A DNA stretch of 64,000 nt from Kofleriaceae bacterium. GTDB taxonomy: Bacteria > Myxococcota_A > Polyangia > Haliangiales > Haliangiaceae. The stretch lies in the NCBI GenBank assembly GCA_047600425.1, contig JASGLC010000003.1, positions 5,155,832 through 5,219,831 on the forward strand, in the 5' to 3' direction. A program made the position numbers and the translations under genes. Positions 1 through 9,776 of the stretch are shown in pieces; position 1 is the first letter of the stretch, and each line of letters starts with the position of its first letter. The notes under the pieces are model-generated. The model ran no database searches. It saw only the letters and a program-made list of their open reading frames with translations, and was not told the DNA's origin.

Positions 1-306
1 GATCGGCCGGTTGATGTCGCCATGCTCGAACGCGACGAGCACCTCGTCATCGACTTCCGGGATGAAGAACCAGCCGCGATTCTTGCCGGCACCCGACATC
101 GTGATCGGCGCCCAGAACGACGTGTCCTGGTCCGATAGGATCGGATACTTCAGCTTCACGCGACCGAGCTTCTGCGGATCCTTGTTGTCCGTGACGATGC
201 CGATCACGTGCTCGTAGACCTTGCCCGCTTCCGCTTCCGCGGTTTGCAGTTGGTTCGAGAAGTGACTATCCAGCCCGTATTGGGGGCGGGGACGATCGTA
301 GGCCAT
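1..306 (-). CDS. Partial CDS (N-terminal part; continues beyond the window start). Phage baseplate spike gpV / VgrG-type OB-fold (Phage_base_V-like) protein.
   Basis: The reverse complement of 1-306 translates from ATG at 306-304 as MAYDRPRPQYGLDSHFSNQLQTAEAEAGKVYEHVIGIVTDNKDPQKLGRVKLKYPILSDQDTSFWAPITMSGAGKNRGWFFIPEVDDEVLVAFEHGDINRPI. The motifs GxV...D...GRVKV, SxWA and PEVGDEVLVAFExGD are the hallmark of the gp5/gpV/VgrG OB domain. There is no stop before the window edge. It is absent from the ORF track because it is truncated. Confidence 0.5.
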   Translation of the reverse strand, partial: MAYDRPRPQYGLDSHFSNQLQTAEAEAGKVYEHVIGIVTDNKDPQKLGRVKLKYPILSDQDTSFWAPITMSGAGKNRGWFFIPEVDDEVLVAFEHGDINRPI

Positions 307-330
307 CGGGGTTAGCTTACCTCAACTGTT

Positions 331-3012
331 TTACGGACCTGCGAGCGGCAACGTTCCCAGGACCAGCAGTTCCGGGTCGTTGGCAGGCGCATCCCCAGTC
401 GCTACGGCCTTTTGCGCGCCATCGTTGGCCACCAGGCCGACCGCCACAGCCCCCTTCCAATCCGCGGGGATCGCGAGGTCGAACTTGTCCCGGACGACCT
501 CTTTCTCCCGCCAGCGGTCGGTCGGGAAGAACCCGTCCGCGGTCGCGCGCAGCGGTGACTTCACGATCTTGTCGCCGGTCGGATCGCTCGGCTTCCAGGT
601 CGCGGGATCGATCGGCCACGCCGCGAGCAGGAACTTGTAGCCCTTCGCCGTCCGTTCATTCGTGCGGAAGTAGACCCGGAGGTCGGCCTTCTGGCCGGCC
701 TTCAGCGGAGCCACCGAATCGATCCCGAGGATCTCGATCTTGCCGCCATCGAGCGTCTGCCCCTTCGCGGTGACCGCGGGCTTCGCATCCGCCACGACCA
801 GATCTTTGATCCGCTCGTTCGCCTGGTTGAAGTTCGCATCGCGCGAATAGACGACGCGTTCCAACCACGCATCGAGCGCGGCCTTCATCGTATCGAATGC
901 GGGCGGCCGCTTCGGCGCGAGGTTCGTGTGCTCCCACGGATCTGCCTTCAAGTCGTACAGCTCGTAGATGTTCGTCTGCAGGTAATAGATCAGCTTCCAC
1001 GCCTCGCTGATCGCCGCTCGCTGTGGCGTCGGTGCGTTCGTCTCCGCAAACACGATCCGATCGTGATCTTCTTTGTTGTAGAAGATCGCCGGCACTTCCG
1101 ATTTGCCCTCGAACGTCAGGTCGTGAACATCGATGCCCGTGATCTCCGCGAGCGTCGGCACGATATCGAGGTTCGAGACCGCGCCACCGATCGTGTGCGG
1201 CGCGTTGTCCGGGATGTAAAAGATCATCGGCACGTGCTGGAGCTCGCGGAACAGCGCCGTCCCGTGCGTGCCGAGCGGCACCGTGTGCTCGCCCATCGAG
1301 TCACCGTGATCGCTGGTGATCACGATGATCGTGTTCGGCGTCGACGGTAACCGCTGCAGCTGATCCAGCAGCCGGCCGATCTGCTGATCGGTCCACTTGA
1401 TCTCGGCGTCGTACTTGTCCTGCTCGGCATCCTGATTCCAATCGGCGACATCGGTGTGCGCGACATAGCGGCCGTGCGGATCGATGTAGTGCGCCCACAG
1501 GAACCACTTGTGGCCTTGCTCCTTCGAGATCCACGCGAGTGCGTGATCCGTGACCTTGTCCGCCGGCGCGCGCCACGGATCCGGAACCTTGCCGATCGAG
1601 TTGTCGTAGTCGTCGACGCCCTGGTCCATGCCCCAGTCATTCCAGTACTCGTGCGATGCGATCACGCCCGTGCGATAGCCGCCGCGCTTCATGATCTCGG
1701 GCAACGTGGTGTTCTCGGGCTTCAACTTCGGCGGCGAGCCCGCGGGCATGTTCTCGTCGAGCGCGAGGCCCGAGTGGAAGAACTTCGACGTGATGATCGC
1801 CGGAATCGACGCCATCGTCCCCGCCGACGGTGCGTTGCAGAACGTGAAGCTCGTCGAGCGCTTCACCAATTCGGCAAGGCGCGGCGTGGTGTCGCGATGC
1901 TTCGGGCCATCGAGATAGCCGCCGAACGACGTGTGGTCGTAGCGGACCGTATCGATCGTGATGAACAGGATGTTCCAGTCCTTCTTCTGGAACTGATCCG
2001 GGACGGGCAGGTGCGGCCCGGTCGGAACCGGCGGCGTCTTCAGCGAGAAGTCGTGGCCATCGCAGTTCTGATCGATGCCGTCGTCGGGAATGTCGCGTGC
2101 GCCCGGATGGATCGAGCTGTCGAACGGCGCGCAGTCGTTCTCGCCTAACAGTGATCCGTAGCCGTCGCGATCGAGATCCGTCGCCGTGCGAATCGAATCG
2201 TCGATCCGCTTGAACGTCGGCGAGCCGGTCAGCGCGAGCCAGTGCGCCTGCGGATCCGCACCCCAGTAGAGCAGGGTGATGACCATCACCGCGCCCGCAC
2301 CACCGGCGACGATCAGTGCGTCGCGCCGCGAACGTTGTTTTCGTGGACGGCGATCGAACCGCATCGCACCGAAGCCCATGCCGATCGCGATCGCGATCAT
2401 CGAGATGACCTCGCGTGCGGGCATCACCGATCGGCTTTGCGGCAGTGCGTACCACGCCGCGATCAATGCGGCGCCAACGACACCGGCGAGCGCGACGCCG
2501 GCCGCACGCCATCTCCCGAACGGGCTCGCACGACCCAACACGGGCTCGAGCGCATCTGCCGCCGCACGCGTCGCGACGAGTGCGAACGGATACACGCCAC
2601 GCGCGATCGCCGCGGCGACCGATGCCGCCAGCGCGATCACGATCACCCGCAACGCCGGCTCTTTGCGTTGCTCCGCGATGACCGTGTAGACGACCACCTG
2701 ACCCGCGAACACCACGAACGTGGCGAGCACGGCCCACAGCTTCGGGACGTTCGGCCGCACGCCCGTCACGGCGCGCGTTTCACACAACCCGGGCGCCACG
2801 AGCGCCTTGTCATCGAGCTCGCCGCGCAAGAACCGGGCGATCCGGAACACGCGTGCGGTCAGGATCCGCAGCAGCAACCACAGCCACAACGAGTAGGTCG
2901 CGACGAGCGGGACCAGCTTCACCGCGGTCAGCGCTTCGATCTTCTCCGGGTACGCCCACAAGGTCAGCGCGAGCTCGATCGGCGCGAACACCGTGACGCC
3001 CCAGCTGGCCAT
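331..3012 (-). CDS. Membrane-anchored sulfatase-like hydrolase/transferase (LTA-synthase or phosphoglycerol-transferase-like alkaline-phosphatase superfamily).
   Basis: 893 aa. The N-terminal ~250 aa are multi-pass hydrophobic. This is followed by NILFITIDTVRYDH...CNAPSAGTMASI and ITSDHGDSMGEHT, typical of the sulfatase/AlkP-fold metal-binding core. Long ORF with high-GC third positions. Confidence 0.6.
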   Translation of the reverse strand: MASWGVTVFAPIELALTLWAYPEKIEALTAVKLVPLVATYSLWLWLLLRILTARVFRIARFLRGELDDKALVAPGLCETRAVTGVRPNVPKLWAVLATFVVFAGQVVVYTVIAEQRKEPALRVIVIALAASVAAAIARGVYPFALVATRAAADALEPVLGRASPFGRWRAAGVALAGVVGAALIAAWYALPQSRSVMPAREVISMIAIAIGMGFGAMRFDRRPRKQRSRRDALIVAGGAGAVMVITLLYWGADPQAHWLALTGSPTFKRIDDSIRTATDLDRDGYGSLLGENDCAPFDSSIHPGARDIPDDGIDQNCDGHDFSLKTPPVPTGPHLPVPDQFQKKDWNILFITIDTVRYDHTSFGGYLDGPKHRDTTPRLAELVKRSTSFTFCNAPSAGTMASIPAIITSKFFHSGLALDENMPAGSPPKLKPENTTLPEIMKRGGYRTGVIASHEYWNDWGMDQGVDDYDNSIGKVPDPWRAPADKVTDHALAWISKEQGHKWFLWAHYIDPHGRYVAHTDVADWNQDAEQDKYDAEIKWTDQQIGRLLDQLQRLPSTPNTIIVITSDHGDSMGEHTVPLGTHGTALFRELQHVPMIFYIPDNAPHTIGGAVSNLDIVPTLAEITGIDVHDLTFEGKSEVPAIFYNKEDHDRIVFAETNAPTPQRAAISEAWKLIYYLQTNIYELYDLKADPWEHTNLAPKRPPAFDTMKAALDAWLERVVYSRDANFNQANERIKDLVVADAKPAVTAKGQTLDGGKIEILGIDSVAPLKAGQKADLRVYFRTNERTAKGYKFLLAAWPIDPATWKPSDPTGDKIVKSPLRATADGFFPTDRWREKEVVRDKFDLAIPADWKGAVAVGLVANDGAQKAVATGDAPANDPELLVLGTLPLAGP

Positions 3013-3094
3013 CGCGATCGCGCGTTCCGGAATCGGCGATCCTCGCGTCGCGATAGGCGCGGCAGCTCATGGACTTCGCTGTGGTCGTATCACG

Positions 3095-4036
3095 TCACTT
3101 GCCGAAACGCTGGCGTAGGCGCCGGCGCATCGCGGGCGAGACATTTCGCTCCTCGCTCCAGATCTCTACCTTCGCGAGCGCCGATAGGCCGAACAGCGGC
3201 TCGAGCACGGCGTCGGGGATGGGCTCGTACGCTCCGAGGTACATCGATCGAAGGCCGGTCAACTGATCGCCGTCGAGCAGCGTTCTCAGCACCCGCGCCG
3301 AGACACCGGTGAGGCTGAGGAACGACAACTTCGCGATCGCCGGCGCGCGGCCGAGGTTCTCGATCTTGGTCCGGAACGGCCCCGACAGGCTCAGTCGCTC
3401 GAGCGGCATCGCCCCGACGAGGCCGACCACGGCCTGGACCTCGAACGCACCGAGATTCACGGGGCTGAGGAGCTCCAGCGAAGTCACGTTCGCGATCGCG
3501 GGCGACTTCGCCAGCGCCTTCAGCCCGGCGTTCCCGAGCTTTAACCGGTGGAGCGCGAGACTGCGCAGTCGACCGTGCGCGAGGTGCGGTGACTTCGCGA
3601 GGGCGCTCGCACGCGCATCGTCGATCTCGCTCTGAAACCAGCGAAACGCACCGGTCCACGCCAGCGTCTCCGCATCACCCAACTTCGCCGAGGTGCCGGT
3701 CAACGCCGTCGTCCGCACGCCGAAGCGCGAGACGATCGGCAGGAGCGCCGCTTGCGTCGCCTTGCTCACGTACGCCCCGGAGGCGCTGTGAACCTCGCGC
3801 AACATGCCTCGATCGAATCGCTTGTTTTGAAACGGTGTGACCCAGTCGACGGCCTTCCCGAACAGCTTCGGATCGATCGCTTTCTCGGCCGCCGTATCGG
3901 TCTTCGCGCGAATCGCCTTGGCCGCGGGATGACCTTGCTCTTCGAGCCAGTCCGCGTAGACGAGCTGCGCCGCCGGATCCCCACCGAAACATGCCGCGAG
4001 GAGCTCGTGCCCGCGGTCCAGCTGCTTCTTCGCCAC
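3095..4036 (-). CDS. TIGR02996 'repeat-companion' domain protein with leucine-rich-repeat C-terminus.
   Basis: LAACFGGDPAAQLVYADWLEEQGHPAAKAIRAK matches the TIGR02996 N-terminal domain signature (LVYADWLEE..GDP). The downstream region has LRR/RNI-like periodic Leu repeats. The start is placed at GTG 4036 (VAKKQLDRG...). The ORF-track N-terminal 106 aa (MRERWRARDR...) look like out-of-frame extension. Confidence 0.5.
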   Translation of the reverse strand: MAKKQLDRGHELLAACFGGDPAAQLVYADWLEEQGHPAAKAIRAKTDTAAEKAIDPKLFGKAVDWVTPFQNKRFDRGMLREVHSASGAYVSKATQAALLPIVSRFGVRTTALTGTSAKLGDAETLAWTGAFRWFQSEIDDARASALAKSPHLAHGRLRSLALHRLKLGNAGLKALAKSPAIANVTSLELLSPVNLGAFEVQAVVGLVGAMPLERLSLSGPFRTKIENLGRAPAIAKLSFLSLTGVSARVLRTLLDGDQLTGLRSMYLGAYEPIPDAVLEPLFGLSALAKVEIWSEERNVSPAMRRRLRQRFGK

Positions 4037-4060
4037 CTCCGAACATAGTAGCGTGCCGGC

Positions 4061-5551
4061 GTGTTGCGCAGATACGGATGGCTGGGGGCGATCGCGATCG
4101 TCTACCTCTATCTGTTTCCGTATTACCCGAAGCTGCAGAGCGCGAACGAGCTGCCGCGTGTCTACCTCGTGCAGGCGATCGTCGAAGATCACACGTTCGC
4201 GATCGATCACCAGATCAAGCAATACGGCGGCACCAGCGATCTGTCCGCCTATCGCGGGCACTCGTATCAGAACAAAGCGCCCGGCGCGTCGCTGATCGTC
4301 GTGCCGTTCTACGCGGCGTGGAAGGCGATCGCGGGCACGCCATCGCTCGCGCAAGCGATGTGGTTGTGCCGGATCGTCACCTGCATCATCCCGTCGCTGC
4401 TGTTCTTGTGGCTGCTATGGGGCTATCTCGAGCGATTCGCACCGGAGCCTGCAACCCGAAAGCTCGTGCTCTACGCGTACGCGTTCGGCTCGATGGCGTT
4501 CACGTACTCGCTGACGTACTACGCGCACCAACCGTCGACGATTTGCCTCGCGACCGCGTGGATCCTCGGCGAGCGCTGGGCCGAAGGAGGCCGTAGCCGT
4601 TGGTCGATGTTCTGGGTGGGTCTCCTCGCGGGACTCGCACCCACGATCGATTATCAGACCGCGTTCGCCGGCGTGCCGCTCGTCATCTATCTGATCGTGA
4701 AGATGCGTGCGCGCTATGCCACGCGGGAGATCCTCGCGGCGCTCGCGATCGCACTCGTCGGCGCGGCGATTCCACTCGCGGTGCTGCTCGCCTATCACCG
4801 CGCGTGTTTCGGTAGCCCGTTCGCGACCGGCTACAACTACGCCGTCACGTTCGGCGCGGATCACGTGCATGGACTCTTGGGCATGACGTATCCGAAGTGG
4901 GACGCGATCGTCGGCTCGACGGTGGCACCGAGCAACGGCTTCATCGCGCTCGCGCCGTGGTGGTTGCTCGCGATCATGGGCGGCAAGTTCATGTGGCGCA
5001 CGCGCGAGCACGCGCTCGTCGTCACCGTGATCGCGGTGACCGCGATCCTGTTCTACTTCGTCACGTCGCTCACCGCGTGGCACGCCGGTTGGGAAGTCGG
5101 GCCGCGCTACATCGTCGCGCTCCAGCCGTTTCTGCTCCCGCTGGTCGCGTACGCGCTCGCACGCTGGGATGATCGACCGCACTTCATCGGCGTTGCCGGC
5201 GGCCTGATCCTCCTCGGCGTCGTCGTCTACACCACCTCGACCGCGACGCTGCCGACCTGGCCCGACTCGTTTCACAACCCGGTGATCGAGGTCGCGTTCC
5301 GTCTGCTCCACGATAACGCCGGCGCACCGACGATCCTTCACACGCACTCGGCGCTCGGCGTCGTGCCCGTGCTCGCGCTGGTCGCGATCCTCGTCGGCGT
5401 TGCCATTGTCAACGCGGGTGGCGGACTTCGCGGCTTGGTGATCGCGGTGGTCATCGCGGCGCTCGGCATCGCTGGATTCCACGCATTGGGCACGGGGCAG
5501 GCGGCCAGCGAGGCCTATGCACGAACGCTCTATCCTGCCGTCGCGCAATAG
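4061..5551 (+). CDS. Polytopic membrane protein, GT-C-like (ArnT/PMT-type glycosyltransferase-like).
   Basis: 496 aa with ~12 hydrophobic helices. The N-terminal region has the conserved Asp/His loop (VEDHTFAIDHQ) typical of GT-C enzymes. Family assignment is tentative. Confidence 0.4.
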   Translation: MLRRYGWLGAIAIVYLYLFPYYPKLQSANELPRVYLVQAIVEDHTFAIDHQIKQYGGTSDLSAYRGHSYQNKAPGASLIVVPFYAAWKAIAGTPSLAQAMWLCRIVTCIIPSLLFLWLLWGYLERFAPEPATRKLVLYAYAFGSMAFTYSLTYYAHQPSTICLATAWILGERWAEGGRSRWSMFWVGLLAGLAPTIDYQTAFAGVPLVIYLIVKMRARYATREILAALAIALVGAAIPLAVLLAYHRACFGSPFATGYNYAVTFGADHVHGLLGMTYPKWDAIVGSTVAPSNGFIALAPWWLLAIMGGKFMWRTREHALVVTVIAVTAILFYFVTSLTAWHAGWEVGPRYIVALQPFLLPLVAYALARWDDRPHFIGVAGGLILLGVVVYTTSTATLPTWPDSFHNPVIEVAFRLLHDNAGAPTILHTHSALGVVPVLALVAILVGVAIVNAGGGLRGLVIAVVIAALGIAGFHALGTGQAASEAYARTLYPAVAQ

Positions 5552-5568
5552 TGCTACGAAGCTCCGGC

Positions 5569-6480
5569 ATGTCGCGCCTGTGTCTCGCCGCCGTGCTCGT
5601 CGTAGCCGTCGCCAGCTGTCACAAGAAGGCGAAGCCGGCGGGGGAAGATGCGGGCGTCACCGCAGCTGTCGATCCGAGCGAGCTCGCCGGACAGCTCGAC
5701 AAGAAGTGCGTCGCCGGTGATCTCGAAGCATGTCGCTTGTTGGGCGTCATGTATCAAGAGGGCACGGGCGTGTCGCCGGATCCGCGTCGCGCCACCGCGT
5801 TGTTCGCGCAGGCGTGCACGGGCAACAACCTGTCGGCTTGCAACAACCTCGGCATGAACCTCTCGGACGGCCTCGGCGTCGACAAGAATCCGCCGAAGGC
5901 GATCGACGCGTACACCAAGGCGTGCGACGGCGGCATGAAGCTCGCGTGCCGCAACCTCGGCCTCATGTATCGCGATGGCCGCGGCATCGATAAGGACCTC
6001 GCGAAAGCGGAGCCGCTCCTCGACAAGGCGTGCAAGTCGAACACGCCGTACGCCTGCAAGAACGCCGGCGATCTCGATCTGATGGTTTCGGAGAAGGGCT
6101 GGAAGCCGGCCGTCGCGCACTACAAGACCGGCTGTGACAACGGCGATCAAACGTCGTGTCGGTCGCTTGGCCTCATGTACCTCGACGGTCGCGGTGGCCT
6201 GACGAAGTCGACGAGCGCTGCCGCGTTGTGGCTCGAGCGTGCGTGCATGCAGGACGATCCGATCGCGTGCCGCGTGCTCGGCATGATGGTGATGCAGGGC
6301 GTGGGCGTGCCGAAGGATGTCGAACGTGGCAAGCAACTGCTCACCCGTGCGTGCGGCGTCAAAGACGATGAAGCGTGCCGCGTGTTGAATGCGAACGCGG
6401 GTAGCGGCGCAGGAAGCGCTACAGCGAACGATCTCGGTTCCGGCTCGGCTGGATCGGGTTCAGGTTCCAGCGCGAGCTGA
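5569..6480 (+). CDS. Sel1-repeat lipoprotein.
   Basis: MSRLCLAAVLVVAVASC is a lipoprotein signal with lipobox. Multiple ~36-aa Sel1-like units (…AC..LG.MY..G.GV..D…A...F..AC). Gly/Ser-rich C-terminal tail. Start chosen at ATG 5569. The ORF track starts at GTG 5551, which overlaps the upstream stop. Confidence 0.6.
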   Translation: MSRLCLAAVLVVAVASCHKKAKPAGEDAGVTAAVDPSELAGQLDKKCVAGDLEACRLLGVMYQEGTGVSPDPRRATALFAQACTGNNLSACNNLGMNLSDGLGVDKNPPKAIDAYTKACDGGMKLACRNLGLMYRDGRGIDKDLAKAEPLLDKACKSNTPYACKNAGDLDLMVSEKGWKPAVAHYKTGCDNGDQTSCRSLGLMYLDGRGGLTKSTSAAALWLERACMQDDPIACRVLGMMVMQGVGVPKDVERGKQLLTRACGVKDDEACRVLNANAGSGAGSATANDLGSGSAGSGSGSSAS

Positions 6481-6513
6481 AGCGACTACGGCACCCCGTA
6501 GGAGCGATCTCCG

Positions 6514-6551
6514 CCACACTCCCGCCATCGAACCGAAGCGGGAGTGGGTGG
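6514..6551 (+). terminator. Hairpin downstream of the Sel1 lipoprotein gene (candidate terminator).
   Basis: CCACACTCCCGC-loop-GCGGGAGTGGGTGG imperfect stem, followed by TTAT. Sits 34 nt after the stop. The T-tract is weak. Confidence 0.3.
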
Positions 6552-6925
6552 TTATCCGGAGATGTAGGTGTACCGCTGATACATAGCGACATATCTCATA
6601 AGTTATTGAAGGTCCGTCGCTCCCGGAACCCATCCCAAACCCGGGATCACAACTTGTCCACAGACCTCCCTCAGTACCCAGCCGCGCCTATGGTATCGCG
6701 GCTTTAGCATACAAACCACTTGTGAATAACCCCGGTCGAAAACGGAGTTGTTGACAGGGTCCGCCACGGCGCAATGCGTCAGGTGACAGCCCGATCTCGA
6801 TTGTGACGCAGCCGCTCGTTTGTGGTCGTCCGCACGTCGGACGAACAAGGTCCGACCTCCGGACTCCAGGGTCCGAACGGCGGACAGTTCGACCCCCAAA
6901 CTATCCGGGTTTCGGACAGTCCGAT

Positions 6926-8344
6926 TCACGGACGCAGCGAGCGATAGAGCTGCACGTACTCGTGCGCAGACGCGGTCCACGACGAGTCTCGCTGCATCGC
7001 TCGCCGACGTGTGGCTGCATCGCCAACGAGAGCCAACGCGCGTTCGATCGCGTGCAGCAGCGCGGCGCTCGTCGGCTCGTCGAAGCGAATCCCGGTTTCG
7101 GGATCGCTGACGGTGTCGCGCAGACCGCCGACGGCGTGAACGATCGGCAGCGTTCCGTATCGCATCGCGTACAGCTGACCGAGCCCGCACGGTTCGAACC
7201 GCGATGGCATCGCGAACAGATCGCTGCCCGCGTAGATCCGGCGCGACAGATTCAGATCGAAGCCGATCCGGACGGCGACGTGCTCGCGAAAGTTCTCCGC
7301 GAGCCAGCGAAACCGATCTTCGAGCGCGGGCTCACCGGAGCCGAGCACGATCAGCTTCGCTTTCATTCGCGCGAGCTCCGGCACGATGTCGGCGACGAGA
7401 TCGATGCCCTTCTGATCTGTCATGCGCGCGATCACGCCGATGATCACGCCATCTGCGAGATCCATTTCCGTGAGGAGCGCCGCGCGACACGCCGCCTTGC
7501 CGCTCGGATCGGCCGCCGAGTAATTCGCCGCGAGCGCTTTGTCGGTCGCGGGATTCCACTCTTGGACATCGATGCCGTTCACGATCCCGACGAGTCGACG
7601 CACGTCCCAGCGCAGGAACGCATCGAGTGCTTCGCCGCGTTCGGGCGTGAGGATCTCGCGCGCGTAGGTGGGACTGACCGTGGTCACCGCATCGGATGCG
7701 GCGAGCCCGCCTTTCAACAGGCACACCTGATCGTAGAACTCGAGGTGGTGCATGTCGAAGTACGACCACGGGATGCCGAGGTCGTTCATGGTCTGCTTCG
7801 GGAAGATGCCGCGATAGGCGAGGTTGTGGATCGTCGAGACGATCGCGTACGGCGCATTGGCGACGCGCGCGTAGATCGCCGCCGGTGCGCCCTGCCAATC
7901 GTGCGCGTGCAACACGTCGAACGGATCGCGCGCGGTGCCGCCGACGAGGCGCCAGCTCTCGGTGATCGCGGCTTGCGCGAGCGCGGCGAACCGCAGGTGG
8001 TTATCGCTGAACTCGCCGGCGCCACCTGGTCCGTACAACGTGCCATCGCGATCGAACAGCGGCGGACAATCGACGAAGCCGTATGCGACGCGACCGACCC
8101 GCGCCATCCGCAGATGCGCATCCCAGCGATGCGGCCCGACGTGGATCGTGATCGCGGCGCCTTCGGTCAACGCGATGCCGCGCGCGGCGAGCTTTGGGGC
8201 GACTCCGCGATAGAGCGGAATCACCACCGCGACATCGAGCCCGTGATCCTGCGCGAGCGCGTTCGGCAGGCCGGCGACGACATCGGCGAGCCCACCGGAT
8301 TGTGCGAACGGTGCGGCTTCGCTCGCGACGTGAACGACTCGCAT
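6926..8344 (-). CDS. glgA: Glycogen synthase (ADP-glucose type).
   Basis: MRVVHVASEAAPFAQSGGLADVVAGLP is the classic GlgA N-terminus (KxGGL). GT-B fold, 472 aa. Lies immediately downstream of glgC. Confidence 0.9.
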   Translation of the reverse strand: MRVVHVASEAAPFAQSGGLADVVAGLPNALAQDHGLDVAVVIPLYRGVAPKLAARGIALTEGAAITIHVGPHRWDAHLRMARVGRVAYGFVDCPPLFDRDGTLYGPGGAGEFSDNHLRFAALAQAAITESWRLVGGTARDPFDVLHAHDWQGAPAAIYARVANAPYAIVSTIHNLAYRGIFPKQTMNDLGIPWSYFDMHHLEFYDQVCLLKGGLAASDAVTTVSPTYAREILTPERGEALDAFLRWDVRRLVGIVNGIDVQEWNPATDKALAANYSAADPSGKAACRAALLTEMDLADGVIIGVIARMTDQKGIDLVADIVPELARMKAKLIVLGSGEPALEDRFRWLAENFREHVAVRIGFDLNLSRRIYAGSDLFAMPSRFEPCGLGQLYAMRYGTLPIVHAVGGLRDTVSDPETGIRFDEPTSAALLHAIERALALVGDAATRRRAMQRDSSWTASAHEYVQLYRSLRP

Positions 8345-8358
8345 CGCGATCGGTTGTA

Positions 8359-9747
8359 TCAGTCGCCCGCGTACTTCTTGAAGCGCGGACCGGCAGACTC
8401 GTAGCTGTGCCGGCTCTGTTGCGACACCACGAACGATCCCGCATTGAGCTTTTCGGATAGCTCTGGATCGGCGTGGAGCATTTCGGCGACGTCGCTCGCG
8501 AGCACGGGGGGGCCCTTCGCCGGCACCGTGGTGCCTTTCGGAATCACGACGATGCCGGAGTCCGTGACGAACGGGAACCGGATCGCGTCGTACGCCGGAT
8601 CGTCACCGATCACGCAGCCCGGCTCGATCTTGACGTTCTTGTCGAGGATCACGCGCTTCAACCGAACGCCACGACCGATGTCGCAGCCCGAGAGGATCAG
8701 CGATTGATCGACGACCGCGCCGGCGTGGACGAAGCAGTCGTAGCCGAGCACGGTGTCGCGCACCGCGGCTGACGCGATGATCGAGCCCTCGCAGATCAAG
8801 CTGTCGTCGATTTCGCAGGCCGGCGCGCCTTCACCTGCACGCACGAACCGGGCAGGCGGGTAGTCGCGTTGCGCGCTGCGGATCCGCCACGAGCGGTTAT
8901 AGAGATCGAGCGCCGGCACGCGCGCGCGAAGCTCCATGTTCGCGGCGAAGTACGAGTCGATCGTCCCGACATCGCGCCAGTACGGTTCCATGCCTTCGGC
9001 TTCACCGGGCACCTTGTTCTGCGCGAAGTCGTACACGAACACGCGCGCGCCATCCGCGACGAGCTTCGGGATGATGTCGCGACCGAAGTCGTGACGCGTG
9101 GCCTTGCCCGTCGCGCCCGAAACCAACACGCGCTCGAGCACTTCGCGCTTGAAGAAGTAGTTGCCCATCGACACGAGCGACCAGCCCGGCCGACCCGGAA
9201 TCTCCGGTGGAACTTTCGGTTTCTCGACGAAGTTCGTGATCCGCCCGGCGACATCGACGTCGATGATCCCGAACGCGCTCGCCTCCGACGACGGCACCGG
9301 ATACGCGGCGACCGTCAGATCCGCATTGCGCGCGCGATGGGTGTCTTCCATCTGATCCGCGGCGAACTTGTAGATGTGATCGCCGCCGAAGATCGCGACG
9401 TGCTCGGCGCGCGAATCGCGAACCAAGTTGAGGTTCTGGAACACGGCGTCGGCGGTGCCGCGGTACCAGAAGTCGCCGATGCGCATCTGCGCCGGCACCA
9501 CTTCGATAAACTCGCCGAAGCCCGAGAGCCGCCAGTTGCGCGACAGGTGCTTGATCAGGCTCGACGCCATGTACTGCGTGAGCACGTAGATCCGGCGGTA
9601 CCCGGAATTGACCATGTTCGAGAGGACGAAATCGACGATGCGATAACGCCCGGCGAACGGAACGCCCGGCTTGCTGCGGTGGATCGTCAGCGGGCCGAGG
9701 CGGGAACCTTTGCCGCCGGCCATGATCATCACGAGGGTGTCCTTCAC
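8359..9747 (-). CDS. glgC: Glucose-1-phosphate adenylyltransferase.
   Basis: MIMAGGKGSRLGPLT...RYRIVDFVLSNMVNSG is the GlgC signature. Left-handed beta-helix C-terminal region plus a ~40-aa tail. 14-nt gap to glgA. Confidence 0.9.
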   Translation of the reverse strand: MKDTLVMIMAGGKGSRLGPLTIHRSKPGVPFAGRYRIVDFVLSNMVNSGYRRIYVLTQYMASSLIKHLSRNWRLSGFGEFIEVVPAQMRIGDFWYRGTADAVFQNLNLVRDSRAEHVAIFGGDHIYKFAADQMEDTHRARNADLTVAAYPVPSSEASAFGIIDVDVAGRITNFVEKPKVPPEIPGRPGWSLVSMGNYFFKREVLERVLVSGATGKATRHDFGRDIIPKLVADGARVFVYDFAQNKVPGEAEGMEPYWRDVGTIDSYFAANMELRARVPALDLYNRSWRIRSAQRDYPPARFVRAGEGAPACEIDDSLICEGSIIASAAVRDTVLGYDCFVHAGAVVDQSLILSGCDIGRGVRLKRVILDKNVKIEPGCVIGDDPAYDAIRFPFVTDSGIVVIPKGTTVPAKGPPVLASDVAEMLHADPELSEKLNAGSFVVSQQSRHSYESAGPRFKKYAGD

Positions 9748-9776
9748 GGCTCACCCATATTTTACCGCGCGAAGGT

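Noticed and set aside
1637-3312. Numerous 60-370-aa ORFs overlapping the sulfatase-like gene and other genes (for example 1637..2737-, 2242..3312+, 4415..5548-).
   Set aside because: These are typical high-GC alternative-frame ORFs: Arg/Ala/Gly-rich, lacking motifs, and fully overlapped by longer ORFs with recognisable domains.
6755-6790. Sigma-70-type promoter (TTGACA…ATGCGT) in the glgA-downstream intergenic region.
   Set aside because: The -10 element is a poor match, and the orientation points antisense into glgA. Myxobacterial promoters are poorly defined, so this was not reported as a feature.
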